From the IMG/VR virus record IMGVR_UViG_3300029319_000021: DNA of 64,000 nucleotides, one strand, 5' to 3'. Shown piece after piece: positions 46,936 to 59,100 of the stretch. The stretch comes from an uncultured virus (IMG/VR IMGVR_UViG_3300029319_000021) (Duplodnaviria; Heunggongvirae; Uroviricota; Caudoviricetes). Numbering within the stretch: position 1 is the stretch's first letter; each line of letters starts with the position of its first letter. The notes beneath the pieces are model-generated. The model ran no database searches. It was not told where the DNA came from and saw only the letters and a program-made list of their open reading frames with translations. The translations under genes and the position numbers were made by a program.

Positions 46936-47798
46936 CATTAGATAAAGCAAATTTTAATAGTATAGATGTTTATAATCCTATTCTAGGAAGTGGTATAGAA
47001 GTACCTAGAATGTTTTGGAAACCAGGAACATCAGCTTCCTATAACCATCATGTTGGTAAAACATCAATAACGGGATTATGGCAAGGAACTTTGATGGCAG
47101 GAATGAATCCTGACTCTCCTTTCTCTTATCTTGGTTCTCCTGGTAATATAAATCTACATTGGCCATCTCTTACTACTTATTATGGTGATCATATTGTAAT
47201 TGGTAGATCTACTGTTCTTGGAGGATCATTTAGAACTGCTGTTGCTAGTGCAACAATGGGAGCAGTTGGAGGTGCTAAGGTAATTAGTGGATCATCAGCA
47301 AAAATGGCAGCACCAAGAGTAGTGCTTGCTGGTGCTACAGTAAAAATTACTGGTGCTTTAGTCTCACTTCCAGGAGCAGCTAATTTTAGAGCAAAAGCAG
47401 CAATTTGGGATTCTAAAAAAGGTTTTGATATACCTCATCCATCAAAGACAAATCACCGTCTAAGATATATTTGTCTTGAGGGACCGACTGCCGATGTTCA
47501 TATTCGAGGTAAATCAAAATCTAATACTATTGAATTACCAGATTACTGGACTAATCTTGTAGATGTTGAAAGTATTACAGTATCTTTGACACCAATTGGA
47601 TCTTATCAACAATTGTTCGTAGAAAAAATTGACTTGAAGGATGGAATTGTAATTGGAAACAACTCTGGAGATCAGTTTAATTATCAATATACAGTATTTG
47701 CAGAAAGAATTGATGGTGAAAAGAACATCCCAGAGTATGAGGGCTTGACACCAGATGACTATCCAGGAGATAATAGAGAGTATAATATAAACACTTGA
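46932..47798 (+). CDS. gp5-associated structural protein
   Basis: C-terminal FDIPHPSK..HRLRYICLEGP...IELPDYW..LV domain; ATG at 46932. Confidence 0.65.
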   Translation: MTLDKANFNSIDVYNPILGSGIEVPRMFWKPGTSASYNHHVGKTSITGLWQGTLMAGMNPDSPFSYLGSPGNINLHWPSLTTYYGDHIVIGRSTVLGGSFRTAVASATMGAVGGAKVISGSSAKMAAPRVVLAGATVKITGALVSLPGAANFRAKAAIWDSKKGFDIPHPSKTNHRLRYICLEGPTADVHIRGKSKSNTIELPDYWTNLVDVESITVSLTPIGSYQQLFVEKIDLKDGIVIGNNSGDQFNYQYTVFAERIDGEKNIPEYEGLTPDDYPGDNREYNINT

Positions 47799-47799
47799 T

Positions 47800-48465
47800 A
47801 TGAAAATCCATGAAGTTTTTCCTACACTGATTTGTCAGGATAGGATTGATGTGCATGAAGAATTTAAAGAAAAATATTTTAAAGAGTTAAAGACTTTATG
47901 GTTTGATGGGTATAAAAATGAAACACCCGAAAATTCTGGAAGGTGTTCTTTACATTTAAATCCAAATTATATTATGTTTTTTGAATCTCTTAAGAGAAGT
48001 GTTTGTAGATACTTAGATATTTTAGAGGTGGATCATGGAAAATTAAATATTAATTTTACCAAATCTTGGGTTGGATATCATAATAAAGATATTCCTGGTC
48101 TTAATATGCATAATCATAATGCTGCTGATATATCTTTTACATATTATCTTTCATCGGATGAGACATCAGATAAATTTTGTGCTCATACTCAATTTAATAA
48201 TAATGAAGTATCTGAATCTCTCTTTGAAATAGGTAAATTAAATTTAATAAAGAAATTTAATAATTATAATTGTAATAAGTATACTATTACACCTAAAGAG
48301 GGAACTGTTCTTATTTTTCCAAGTTCTTTATTACATTCTACATTAAAGAAGGAAAATATAGGTGATAGATATACCATTCCTGGAGATATTAAATTATCTC
48401 TTAAACCAGAATATAATCTTTACCATCAGAGTATACCACACCCTTCACAATGGTTAGAATTATAA
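47800..48465 (+). CDS. Putative 2OG-Fe(II) oxygenase (TIGR02466-like)
   Basis: FPT, SW, HNH...ISFTYY, PKEG..LIFPS.L.H...R. Confidence 0.75.
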   Translation: MKIHEVFPTLICQDRIDVHEEFKEKYFKELKTLWFDGYKNETPENSGRCSLHLNPNYIMFFESLKRSVCRYLDILEVDHGKLNINFTKSWVGYHNKDIPGLNMHNHNAADISFTYYLSSDETSDKFCAHTQFNNNEVSESLFEIGKLNLIKKFNNYNCNKYTITPKEGTVLIFPSSLLHSTLKKENIGDRYTIPGDIKLSLKPEYNLYHQSIPHPSQWLEL

Positions 48466-48501
48466 AACCTAACTAAATATTAAACATATCATATTAATTA
48501 C

Positions 48502-49404
48502 ATGAAAAGAGAAGCAGAACTAGTAATTGACAGTATAAGAAAACAAAATAAAGAATTGGGTAAAGGTGGAACTGATAGTATTCCTGATATTACTGTTCCT
48601 TCAACTTATGAAGATAGATCAGTAGCACAGAATGATGATGGAACTTGGAATCAAAATATTATAGAAGAAGAAATTCCTGTAAAAAAAGATATTGATCAAC
48701 GTGCTAGTGAATTAGAGGGATTTGAGAGAGATGTTACTAATTATGAAAATCTAGCTAAGATTGGAGACAATAAAGTTCTTTCAATTCTAGGTGAAATTAA
48801 TGCTAAAAAGTTAGAAATTGTTGATACGATTAGTGATGCAGTAAGTGCTGGATGTTCTGTTCTTGTAGGTAATGGTCTTTGGGGACCAGTAACTGTAGAT
48901 GGTGTAGTTCTCGGTCCTGCCAATACACAGACAGTACATAATACAGATTATCCAGTACTTACTGAAGATTCTGTGAAATTATATAAGTATGATAATTTAG
49001 ATGTTTATTCTTCTGATGCTCCTTTCACAGGAATATCTTCTGCGATAATAACAGGAACTAATGTTGGAACAGGTTTTACTAACCAATGTTTTGCCAATTT
49101 TGGGGGTACTGTTGGAATGTATAAAACAATAACAGGAGCAGAAGGTGGAGCATGTGGTGCTTTTCGGGATAAAGTTTTTACACTAGCAGCAGAAATTAAT
49201 ACATTAAGAAATTCATTAGGAACAGATTGGGATGCTGGTTCTTATGTTGGAGTTCTTAAAGATACTATTGAAGTTAAAGATATAAAAACAGGAGCAGAAA
49301 CTATGGTATGGTCATATAAAAATGAAGATGAAGAAATAGAACAACAAAAAAATTCAAATAATAGTCTTATTAGCACTATTGAAGGTCAGAGCGAATTTCA
49401 ATAA
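48502..49404 (+). CDS. Hypothetical late (structural?) protein
   Basis: 300-aa ORF; CTAAATA at 48473-48479. Confidence 0.65.
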   Translation: MKREAELVIDSIRKQNKELGKGGTDSIPDITVPSTYEDRSVAQNDDGTWNQNIIEEEIPVKKDIDQRASELEGFERDVTNYENLAKIGDNKVLSILGEINAKKLEIVDTISDAVSAGCSVLVGNGLWGPVTVDGVVLGPANTQTVHNTDYPVLTEDSVKLYKYDNLDVYSSDAPFTGISSAIITGTNVGTGFTNQCFANFGGTVGMYKTITGAEGGACGAFRDKVFTLAAEINTLRNSLGTDWDAGSYVGVLKDTIEVKDIKTGAETMVWSYKNEDEEIEQQKNSNNSLISTIEGQSEFQ

Positions 49405-49405
49405 C

Positions 49406-49434
49406 TTGACAAAACCCTCTATATAAAGTATGAT
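49406..49434 (+). promoter_or_regulatory. sigma70-type promoter
   Basis: TTGACA-17 nt-TATGAT. Confidence 0.75.
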
Positions 49435-49456
49435 TTCTTTGTAACTGGTATAATTT

Positions 49457-49645
49457 ATGGACGATTTTGTGAATCGCACGATTATTGACGTGTGCACTAG
49501 ATCTTTTTTAATCATTTCTGATGATGGAGAGGAAAGGATGATAAAGTGTGAAACTGCAGAACAATTCATGAATGTGATGGAAGTTGTGAATAAATTATTA
49601 GATCCAGAAAGAATAGAATACTCAAACCTTAGTGTTAAAAAATAA
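49457..49645 (+). CDS. Small cyanophage hypothetical protein
   Basis: IDVCTRSF...SDDG...C.T.EQFMNV motif; upstream promoter. Confidence 0.7.
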   Translation: MDDFVNRTIIDVCTRSFLIISDDGEERMIKCETAEQFMNVMEVVNKLLDPERIEYSNLSVKK

Positions 49646-50103
49646 TGTTTTTTGAAAAAGTTAGTCTTGTTACTGGTGGATTTGATCCAATTCATAGTGG
49701 ACATATAAGATATTTTGAGAGAGCAAAGGATCTTTCTAATTATCTTGTAGTAGGATTGAATGGTGATCCTTGGCTAAAACGTAAGAAAGGACAATATTTT
49801 CAATCTTGGACTGAAAGAGCAGATATAATAAGACATCTTAATATGGTAGATGCTGTCATATCATGGGATGATAGTGATGATTCTGCGTGTGGTGCAATCG
49901 CAAAGTGTTTAGAAATTTCAGAGAAGGTAATATTCTGTAATGGTGGTGATAGAATTAAAAGTAATATTCCAGAAGTTAAGGGATATGGAGATGATCCTAG
50001 AGTAACATTTAAGTATGGTATTGGTGGTGAGGATAAGATGAATAGTAGTTCATGGATACTTCATGGATATTTTGAACGTCAAAGAAAACTTCTAGGTATA
50101 TAA
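49645..50103 (+). CDS. Cytidyltransferase-like (HxGH nucleotidyltransferase)
   Basis: TGGFDPIHSGH, NGGDR, KMNSSS motifs. Confidence 0.9.
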   Translation: MFFEKVSLVTGGFDPIHSGHIRYFERAKDLSNYLVVGLNGDPWLKRKKGQYFQSWTERADIIRHLNMVDAVISWDDSDDSACGAIAKCLEISEKVIFCNGGDRIKSNIPEVKGYGDDPRVTFKYGIGGEDKMNSSSWILHGYFERQRKLLGI

Positions 50104-50162
50104 TTTCCTATTTTCTGACTAACTAAATAAGATATAGTAATAATTTTAGTAGTCATAATCTC

Positions 50163-53100
50163 ATGCCTCTGAATAAATTAGATAATTTTATTAAGAATAC
50201 TGAAGGTCGTATTCTTTATGTGAGTCCAAGCGATTTAGACTCAACAGATAGTATTAGTAATCAGGGTAACTCACTTGCTCAGCCATTTAAGACTCTTCAA
50301 AGAGCACTTATTGAGTCTGCCAGATTTTCTTATCTTAAAGGTAATAGTAATGATGAAGTAGAGAAAACTACGATTCTTTTAATGCCTGGAGATCATCTTA
50401 TTGATAATAGACCTGGCCATGCACTTAAAAATGATGGTGGACTAGCAAAAGTAGTATCTGCTGGTGGTGGAGTGAGTGCTGCTACTGATACATTAGGACT
50501 TAATTTAGATTCAAATTTTGATTTAACACAGGAAGATAATATTCTTTATAAGTTTAATAGTGTTCATGGTGGTGTTATTGTACCTAGAGGTACTTCCATT
50601 GTTGGATTAGATTTAAGAAAAACAAAGATAAAACCAAAGTATGTTCCTAATCCAACAGATAATGGTGTTCCATATTCTGCTATATTCAGAATAACTGGTG
50701 GATGTTATTTCTGGCAGTTTTCTATATTTGATGCAGATGAAAACGGATTAGTATATACTGATCATCAAAGTTTTGCAGAAACTAATAGAGTAAGACCATT
50801 ATTTTCTCACCATAAATTAACAGTATTTGAATATGCTGATGGTGTTAATAATGTCACTGATTACCAGTTGACTGATCTTGATATGTATTATGGTAAATTA
50901 TCTAATGCATATAGTGTTGCTTCTGGTAGAAATATTGATAGTAAGTTTCCTGCAGATCCAGATGGTTTTGAAAAGCAAAGAATGGAATGGGAGATTGTTG
51001 GTGCATTTGCTGCAGATCCAATAAATATTGCAAGAATTTTCTCAGGGGAAGAAGATAGTAAAACTCCTAGCTCTATCGTTACAGTCATTACTTCAGAAGA
51101 TCATAATCTAACAGCAGGAACACCAATAAAAATTAATAATGTCGGTGTAAATGAATACAATATTTCTACAAAAGTTCAAAGTGTTGATATAGATGATCCA
51201 AAAAGATTTACATACTTACTTCCAGATTTTTCCAGATCTTTAGTAGCAGAACCACCTTTAACTAGTGGTGGTGGAAAAGCAACAGTAACTATTGAAACTG
51301 ATACTGTATCTGGTGCATCACCATATGTCTTTAACTGTTCTCTACGTTCAGTTTATGGTATGAATGGTATGCATGCCGATGGATCAAAGGCAGATGGATT
51401 CAAATCCATGGTTGTTGCTCAGTTTACGGGTATATCGCTACAAAAAGATGATCGTGCATTTGCAAAATATGATTCTTCTTCTAGACAATATCTCACGCTT
51501 GATGCAACTAAGGTTGTTGGAGCAACTCTTGCTAAGAATTCAGCCTCAACTAATTCAGAAACAGTTTATCATTTAGATTCTGGAGCAATTTATAGACAAG
51601 GATGGGAAACATGTCATATAAAAATCACTAATGATGCTATTCTTCAAATAGTTTCTGTATTTGCGATTGGATATAATAAACATTTTGAGGCACAAAGTGG
51701 TGGTGATGCTTCCATTACTAACTCTAACTCTAACTTTGGACAATTATCTTTAGTTTCTAAGGGATTTAAGAAGGAAGCATTTGCAAAAGATGATAAAGCA
51801 TTTATAACCAGTATAATTGCACCAAAATCAATTAGTTCTGATGAAGAAAATATTGATTGGATATCTGTAGATGTTGGTGTAACTACTTCTGTTTCTAATC
51901 CAAAAAGATTGTATCTCTTTGGATATACAGATTCTGATATTGTCCCACCTATTATTGCACAAGGATATAGAATAGGTGCAAAATTTGAAGATACATTGAG
52001 TGTAGATTTTAGTGCTGTCAGTGGATATGGTACAAGTGAAGCACAAATCTTAATGACGGATAAAAATGATAGTGGTGAAATAATACAAACAGGATTTACT
52101 GCTTTTAAAGAATATCCAGTTATATCAGGACCAACAGCAAATAGATTTGCTTTAAATTCTCATAGTCTATCAACAGGTGAGAAAGTTGTTGTAGTAAGTG
52201 ATACTGCTGATTATCCAGAAAATATTCAAGCAGATGTTATTTATTATGTTATTGATGATGGGGATGATAATCACATAAGATTAGCTGCTTCTAAAACAGA
52301 TGCAGATAATTATTCTAATCTTGGTAGAGGTGATATTACTGTATATGGTGGATCTCAACTTAGAATTATAAGTAGAGTAACTGATAAAGTTGCTGGAGAT
52401 ATAGGACATCCAGTACAGTTTGATGATACTTCTACAGTTAAACAATGGTATGTTACTGCATCTACTGACAATAATGTTTATACTGCTGTTACACAGATTG
52501 GTGTTAACACAGATGCTGGTTTAGATGCTTATACTCAACCTTCTTTTGTAAAAAGAAAAGCAGACTCTAGAAGTTTAGATGATAAAATTTATAAAGTTAG
52601 AGTTGTAATTCCTAAAGAATTATCTGGATCTAAAGATCCAGAAAATGGATTTGTTCTTCAGGAATCTAGCACTACTGGTGTTAGAACTGATAGTGATTTT
52701 AATCTTGCCTCTATAACAGATACTGATTATTTGTATGATAGAAATACAAGATTCATTAGTACTTGTTCATTTGTAGCTGGATCCCCTAACTCTACAGTAA
52801 GTGTTACTTCAGATTTACCACATAATTTGAATGTTGGAGATCAAATTATTGTTAAAAATGTAACTGACTCAACCAATCCAGTTGGATCTGCTACTAGTGG
52901 TTATAATGGAACTCATACTGTTAAAGCAGTTACTAATGATATGCAGTTCACATATGAAACTACTAAAACACTTGGATCTTCATTAACGAATGATCTTAAT
53001 ACAAGAACTGTTGATTTACCAAGATTTGAAAGAAATGATTTAAAATCAAACCTCTTTATTTACAGAAATGAGACAGTACAGAGATATATTGAAGGACAAC

Positions 53101-56099
53101 AAAGTGGAATTTATCATCTTTATGTTTTAGGTGCTGATATAGGTATTACAACAGAATTTACAGATTATAGGTATAGTCAGGATGTTGTTAATTTATATCC
53201 TCAATTAGATAGAGATAATATCAACGACAACCCAGAGTCAGCAGAGTCTTTTGCACTAAGATCTCCTCTTGGAGAAGTTGCTACTAGTGATCTTAAAAAG
53301 AGTATTACAAAAAAATCTGTTGATAATCTAATTACAAAGTTTAATAATAAGTTTGTTATAGCAAATGAGAGTGATTTAAGTGTAATCGCAGGTATAGCGA
53401 CTATTACATTCACAAGAGAGCACGGATTATCTGGTATTGCAACTTATGCTGCTATTGCAGGTGGTTCAGGACATACAAATGGAACTTTCTATAATGTAAA
53501 ACTCTTTAATGAAGTTGGATTATCAAGTTGGAATGGTGCCACTGCTACTGTTGGTATATCTGGTGGAGCAGTTGTGAGTGTAGATATTGAATCTCCTGGT
53601 TCTGGATATAGTGATGCTGATGTATTATATGTTGATACTGCTGTTATTGGTGGAAGTGCCAATGCTACAGTAACACTTAGAGGTGATGGATTAACTGGAT
53701 CTATTATATCTACGGGTGCTGGAATTTTAGATAGGGGTGCTGCAATTCAGGTTACTGGTATTGGAACTACGACTGGTGGTTATTATAGAGTAGTTTCTGT
53801 TCCTTCTAAAACTCAAATTGCCATAGCAAAAACAGTAGGAGATCCAATCAGTATATCTGGACAATATGTTCTTCCTACTGGTACTGTTGGTATTACTACT
53901 GATAGTGGTGGTGGATATGATTCTGTTAATGATATTGTTACGGTTGTACTTCCTTATGCTCATGGATTATCGGCTGGAGATAAATTTACTTTAAAACCAG
54001 TTGCGGGTGGTGGTACTCCTCCAGCTGAGTATACAGTTACATCAAGAGTAGGTGTTAATACATTCACTGTTAATAAACCTAGACCTAAATTTGAACCTAG
54101 TGATGCAAATGAAATGTTACGTCACTACATCATTCCACATGGTTTATCTGCTAATAATAATGGTTCTGATAAATCTGAAGTAGATGCTGCTGTAAGAGGA
54201 ATCAAGTTATATGATAATGAGGTATTCACTTTTGAAGGATTCCCTAGTCCAACAGATAATACTACGATTCAGATAAGTTCTCCTACTTTGGGTATTGGAA
54301 CTGAAAAGAGATTACCTTTAGGTTCTTATATTCAGATTGATAATGAAATAATGAGAATTTCCACTAATACATTAAGTGGTGCTGGAAATAATAGATTGAC
54401 AGTATTACGTGGTGCATTGGGTACTGGAATACAATCTCATGATGCTGGATCTTTTGCTTATAAAGTAAATCCATTATCTATTGAGTTCCGTAGACCTTCG
54501 ATTCTACGTGCTTCTGGACATACATTTGAATATCTTGGATATGGTCCAGGAAACTATTCAACAGGTCTACCACAAGTTCAAGATAGAACTTTAACTGAAA
54601 ATGAAGAATATCTATCACAATCACAGGAAAAAGATGCTGGTGCAGTAGTCTATACTGGTATGAATAGTAAGGGTGATTTCTATATTGGTAATCAAAAGAA
54701 ATCTGCTCTAACTGGAGAAGAAACTACTTTTGATACACCTATCCCAACAGTTACTGGTGAAGATCCTGCCAGATTAAGTGTAGTATTTGATGAAGTCATT
54801 ATTAAAGAACGTCTGACAGTAGAAGGTGGGGATTCAAAACAACTTCTTTCTCAATTTGATGGTCCAGTTACATTTAACAATCAAATTTTTGCTAAAGATA
54901 ATGCTACGTTTAGTAAACCAGTTAAAATTACTGATGAAACAGCTTCAACAAGTTCAACTACTGGTGCTCTTGTAGTCAATGGTGGTGTTGGTATTGCAGG
55001 AGATTTACATATTGGTGAGGGATCATCATTTAATTTTCCAGATGAAGCAAAACTTAATTTTGGTGATAGTAATGACTTGCAAATATCTCATACTAAAAGT
55101 CTTGAAAATCAAGTTGCTACTAATGGAGAGAAAGTTGCTCCAACTAAATGGGCTTCATTAATTGAAGATACAGGAACAGGTCCAATAATATTTAAAGGAA
55201 ATGGAGGAGGAGGAAACGGTAATTTTCAATTCTTTGATCAAGATTGGCGACCAATATTAAAAATGTATAGTGGTCTTGGAGCATCAAGAGTAGTATTATA
55301 TCGTGCTGGAGAACAAAGATTTGAAACCACTAAAGTCGGTGCAACATTAACAGGAGAATTAACTCTTAATAGTTTAAATATACCACCAAGTGCTGGAAAT
55401 CTTGGTCTTGCAACTGCTCCACATTTTCGTGCACTAAATACTGACTTTCCAAATCAACAGACTGATATTATTCCTGGTGGTATTGAACTTACAAAACAGG
55501 TTGATTACAAAGATGATGGAACCACTCCTAACGCAGGACCATATATTGATTTTAGGAGAGCTGGGGTAAATGATGCAGGTGCAGATTATGATGCTCGAAT
55601 CCAGATGGATGCTACGGGTGGTGGAACTGGCACTCAAGATGGTGAAATAGTATTCTTTACACCTGATGGGACTGGACCCTTACCTAGAGATGGTGCTACT
55701 GATAATGGGAATGGTGTTGTAAGTGAGGCGTTTAGAGTTCAAAGAGGTGGTGCTGCGGTCACTGGTGAACTGCAGGTTAGTGGTGATATTATTGCTTTTT
55801 ATTCTTCATCAGATAAAAACTTAAAGGATAACATCACACCTATTGAAGATCCTCTTGCTAAGGTGCTTTCAATTAGTGGTAATACATTTACTTGGAAGGA
55901 AGGAAATTCTTATCAAGGTGAAGATACTGGTGTAGTTGCACAAGAAATTGAAGCACTCGGATTACCTGGAATAGTCAAAGATCAAGATTCTGGACATAAA
56001 TCAGTACAATATCATAAACTCGTTCCTCTTCTTATTGAGGCTATTAAAGAGCTTTCAACCAAGGTCGAAAATTTGGAACAAAAACTCCAAGATAAATAA
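50163..56099 (+). CDS. Very large virion structural / fibre protein with C-terminal peptidase S74 chaperone domain
   Basis: ILYV...D.....G....PFKT.QRAL N-terminus; C-terminal SSDKNLKDNI...TFTW...GVVAQE..V.Y.KLVPLLIEAIKEL; CTAAATA at 50123. Confidence 0.8.
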   Translation: MPLNKLDNFIKNTEGRILYVSPSDLDSTDSISNQGNSLAQPFKTLQRALIESARFSYLKGNSNDEVEKTTILLMPGDHLIDNRPGHALKNDGGLAKVVSAGGGVSAATDTLGLNLDSNFDLTQEDNILYKFNSVHGGVIVPRGTSIVGLDLRKTKIKPKYVPNPTDNGVPYSAIFRITGGCYFWQFSIFDADENGLVYTDHQSFAETNRVRPLFSHHKLTVFEYADGVNNVTDYQLTDLDMYYGKLSNAYSVASGRNIDSKFPADPDGFEKQRMEWEIVGAFAADPINIARIFSGEEDSKTPSSIVTVITSEDHNLTAGTPIKINNVGVNEYNISTKVQSVDIDDPKRFTYLLPDFSRSLVAEPPLTSGGGKATVTIETDTVSGASPYVFNCSLRSVYGMNGMHADGSKADGFKSMVVAQFTGISLQKDDRAFAKYDSSSRQYLTLDATKVVGATLAKNSASTNSETVYHLDSGAIYRQGWETCHIKITNDAILQIVSVFAIGYNKHFEAQSGGDASITNSNSNFGQLSLVSKGFKKEAFAKDDKAFITSIIAPKSISSDEENIDWISVDVGVTTSVSNPKRLYLFGYTDSDIVPPIIAQGYRIGAKFEDTLSVDFSAVSGYGTSEAQILMTDKNDSGEIIQTGFTAFKEYPVISGPTANRFALNSHSLSTGEKVVVVSDTADYPENIQADVIYYVIDDGDDNHIRLAASKTDADNYSNLGRGDITVYGGSQLRIISRVTDKVAGDIGHPVQFDDTSTVKQWYVTASTDNNVYTAVTQIGVNTDAGLDAYTQPSFVKRKADSRSLDDKIYKVRVVIPKELSGSKDPENGFVLQESSTTGVRTDSDFNLASITDTDYLYDRNTRFISTCSFVAGSPNSTVSVTSDLPHNLNVGDQIIVKNVTDSTNPVGSATSGYNGTHTVKAVTNDMQFTYETTKTLGSSLTNDLNTRTVDLPRFERNDLKSNLFIYRNETVQRYIEGQQSGIYHLYVLGADIGITTEFTDYRYSQDVVNLYPQLDRDNINDNPESAESFALRSPLGEVATSDLKKSITKKSVDNLITKFNNKFVIANESDLSVIAGIATITFTREHGLSGIATYAAIAGGSGHTNGTFYNVKLFNEVGLSSWNGATATVGISGGAVVSVDIESPGSGYSDADVLYVDTAVIGGSANATVTLRGDGLTGSIISTGAGILDRGAAIQVTGIGTTTGGYYRVVSVPSKTQIAIAKTVGDPISISGQYVLPTGTVGITTDSGGGYDSVNDIVTVVLPYAHGLSAGDKFTLKPVAGGGTPPAEYTVTSRVGVNTFTVNKPRPKFEPSDANEMLRHYIIPHGLSANNNGSDKSEVDAAVRGIKLYDNEVFTFEGFPSPTDNTTIQISSPTLGIGTEKRLPLGSYIQIDNEIMRISTNTLSGAGNNRLTVLRGALGTGIQSHDAGSFAYKVNPLSIEFRRPSILRASGHTFEYLGYGPGNYSTGLPQVQDRTLTENEEYLSQSQEKDAGAVVYTGMNSKGDFYIGNQKKSALTGEETTFDTPIPTVTGEDPARLSVVFDEVIIKERLTVEGGDSKQLLSQFDGPVTFNNQIFAKDNATFSKPVKITDETASTSSTTGALVVNGGVGIAGDLHIGEGSSFNFPDEAKLNFGDSNDLQISHTKSLENQVATNGEKVAPTKWASLIEDTGTGPIIFKGNGGGGNGNFQFFDQDWRPILKMYSGLGASRVVLYRAGEQRFETTKVGATLTGELTLNSLNIPPSAGNLGLATAPHFRALNTDFPNQQTDIIPGGIELTKQVDYKDDGTTPNAGPYIDFRRAGVNDAGADYDARIQMDATGGGTGTQDGEIVFFTPDGTGPLPRDGATDNGNGVVSEAFRVQRGGAAVTGELQVSGDIIAFYSSSDKNLKDNITPIEDPLAKVLSISGNTFTWKEGNSYQGEDTGVVAQEIEALGLPGIVKDQDSGHKSVQYHKLVPLLIEAIKELSTKVENLEQKLQDK

Positions 56100-56114
56100 C
56101 TAAAAAGTCATAAG

Positions 56115-59100
56115 ATGGCAAATTATAGAAAGTCGTTTAATTTTCGTAATGGTGTACAAGTTGATAATGATAACTTTATAGTAAATCCAAATGGTTTAGT
56201 CGGTATAGGAACGTCCGTTCCGACTGAACTATTGGATGTTAGAGGAACTACTAAAGTTACTGGAATAGTAACTACTACTAATTTGTGGGTAAATGAAAAT
56301 TTATATGTTGGTGGTATTTCGACTGTTGGATTTATAACTGCATCAGATATATCGGTTTCTGGAGTTGTAACTGCCACTAAATTTAAGGGTGATGGTAGTG
56401 AATTATCAGGATTAGCACAGGCAGCATGGAATATAACATCGGCAGGATTATCAACATTAACTGATGTTGGTATAGGAACTACAAATCCAGAATATAAGTT
56501 ACAAATAGGATTTAATCCATCAACTGGCAGTGGAACTGGTATAGATTCGACAGGAAATGGATTTTTTAGTGGAATTGTAACAACTGGAGGACTCGAAACA
56601 ACTGGATTCGTAACAACAGGAAATCTATATGTTTCTGGAGTTACTTCACATTTTGATGATTTAACACTCTTTGGTGCAGGTGGTAATGCTTCATGGGATA
56701 GAGATGGTGGATCAGGTCAAGGACAATTAGGTTTTTCAGATAATGTTAGAGCAGTTTTTGGAACGGGAAATGATTTAAAAATATTTCATGGTAATTCCCC
56801 TTATGATTCAGAATCGGCAGACCAACACAGTTATATTCAAGATTCTGGAACTGGAGATTTAGTACTATTATCCAATCAAGTTGCAATAAGAAATGCGGCT
56901 GAAACTGAGGATATGGCAAGGTTCTACAGTGATGGATCTGTTGAATTGAGATATAATGGTAGTAAAAAATTCGAAACGAGTGGACTTGGTGTAACTGTAA
57001 CTGGTGTTACAAGCACAACAGATTTATGGGTAGATGAAGATGTATATATTACAGGAGTTGCTACTGCAACAACATTTTTTGGTGCATTAACAGGAACAGC
57101 ATCAACTGCCACAGCATCAGCGACTGCTTTTGGATTATCAGGAACTCCTCATGTTACTGTAGGAAATTTAATTGGTGCTGCAGCTACATTTACAAATCTT
57201 GAAGTTGATAATTATGCATTTAGTGTACTGAGCACAGGAAAAGTTGGTATAGGAACAAGCATTTCAACAGCAGATTTACAAATTAATAAATCTACTAATA
57301 CATTGCTAGAAGTAATAACATCGAGTAATACTTCAAGTGTGAGTGTTGGACAATCTGTTGGTTTAGGTAATAGTAGTGGTGCTCTACAATTTAATTCAGG
57401 TACTCTAAAACTTAAAAACTATGATTTGGGTGGAGTAGAAGTTGAGTTACATGCTGGTACTGGAAGTGGAACAACAGAATCATTTAAAGTTGTACACGAT
57501 GATAATACACAATTTGAAGCAACTTATGATGGTAAGGTTGGTGTTAATCGTCCTGGAGTAAATTTATCACGTAATTTAGAAGTTGGTGGTAATGCTTACA
57601 TAACTAGGGATTTGGAAGTTGTAGGTGTCATTACCGCAGGAGTCGGTGCTAATCAAATTACTTTTGGTGATGGTAGTTCTATACCATTCCCAGAATCTCA
57701 ACAATTTAATATTATTAGTGGTATTTCAACATTTAATAATTTGAATGTTGGACGAGATCAAAGAGTAGGTGGTTCTTCAACAATAAGTGGGAATTTATTT
57801 GCTGCTGGAAGCGTAGGATTTGGAACTACTGGTAGTGCTGGATTTCTTGGTGGTGGTAATTTTAGTGTTGAGGTATTTGGTGATTTATTGTCACATGAAG
57901 GAATTATCGCACAAAGTAAAGGTGGTTTATCAACAGCAACTGATGGAAGTTTATTAGGTGATCCAAGAAGTGTCGCTATTTCTCTTCTTCCAGATGAAAA
58001 TGTAGTTTCCCCACTTTCATATGGTACTTTCCAAGTAGATACAGCAGATCAAGGATTTAGTGTAATTGGTAAACAATCATTATTTGTTCCTACTGTGGGT
58101 GTTCCAGTAGCAGGATTTGGAGCAACTAACTTAGGAATTCTTCCTAAGGATTTTGCTAAACAAAAGAGTTTATCAACGGTTGGAATCAATACTTACTTTG
58201 CTAGATCTGTTCTTGATGTTGGTGCTGCAACTACTACAAATAATAGTTATTTCATTCCACCTTCAGTAACAAGTGGTGAACTTGAAATAATTGCTAATCT
58301 ATGGACTGGAAAGATAGTTGGATATGGTACAGTTCGAGCTAAACAGGTTACTCCAGATGGAGTTCCTGGTGGTGCATTAGTATATAATAGAACCAATACA
58401 AGATTAGAAGTTGGTATTGGTACAACAACTTTCTGTGGAATTGCTACATTAACAAATAATCATACTGGATATAGTGCTTATGTTCCACCATATGTTAATA
58501 CAGAACAAAGACTTGCATTAACAAACGCTGGAATTGCTAGTGGTGCGATTATATTCAACCCTCTTAACAAGAGGTTGGAAATGTATAAAGATGCCGTAAC
58601 AGGATGGGTTGGAATTGCAACTGGTTCTACTACTGGTGCAGTATCACTTGACGACCTAATTGATGTTGAAGTTCCTTATCCTAATGATAAAGATTCATTG
58701 GTATGGAACGCAGGTGCATCTAAATGGGTGCCATTCAATGTTGGAACAGGAAGATTTATATCTAATGATACTGGAATTAGTACAAATACTAATTTAGGTA
58801 TTGGAACTACAACTGCCTCATCAGCCTTAACTGTTAGTGGTGATGGTATATTTACTGGTGTTGTAACTGCTACTTCATTCATTGGTTCTGGTGTAAACTT
58901 AACTGGTGTTGGTACTCAAGGTCTTAATGTACAGGCACAATCATTAACTGTTGCTGGTATATCAACATTCCATAATGATATAAAGATTGGCACAGGTGTT
59001 ACGATAGAGTCAAATGGAGATGCAACTTATACGGGTATTGTAACTGCTGGTTCATTTGTAGGTGATGGTTCTGGACTTACTGGTGTTGGTACACAAGGAA

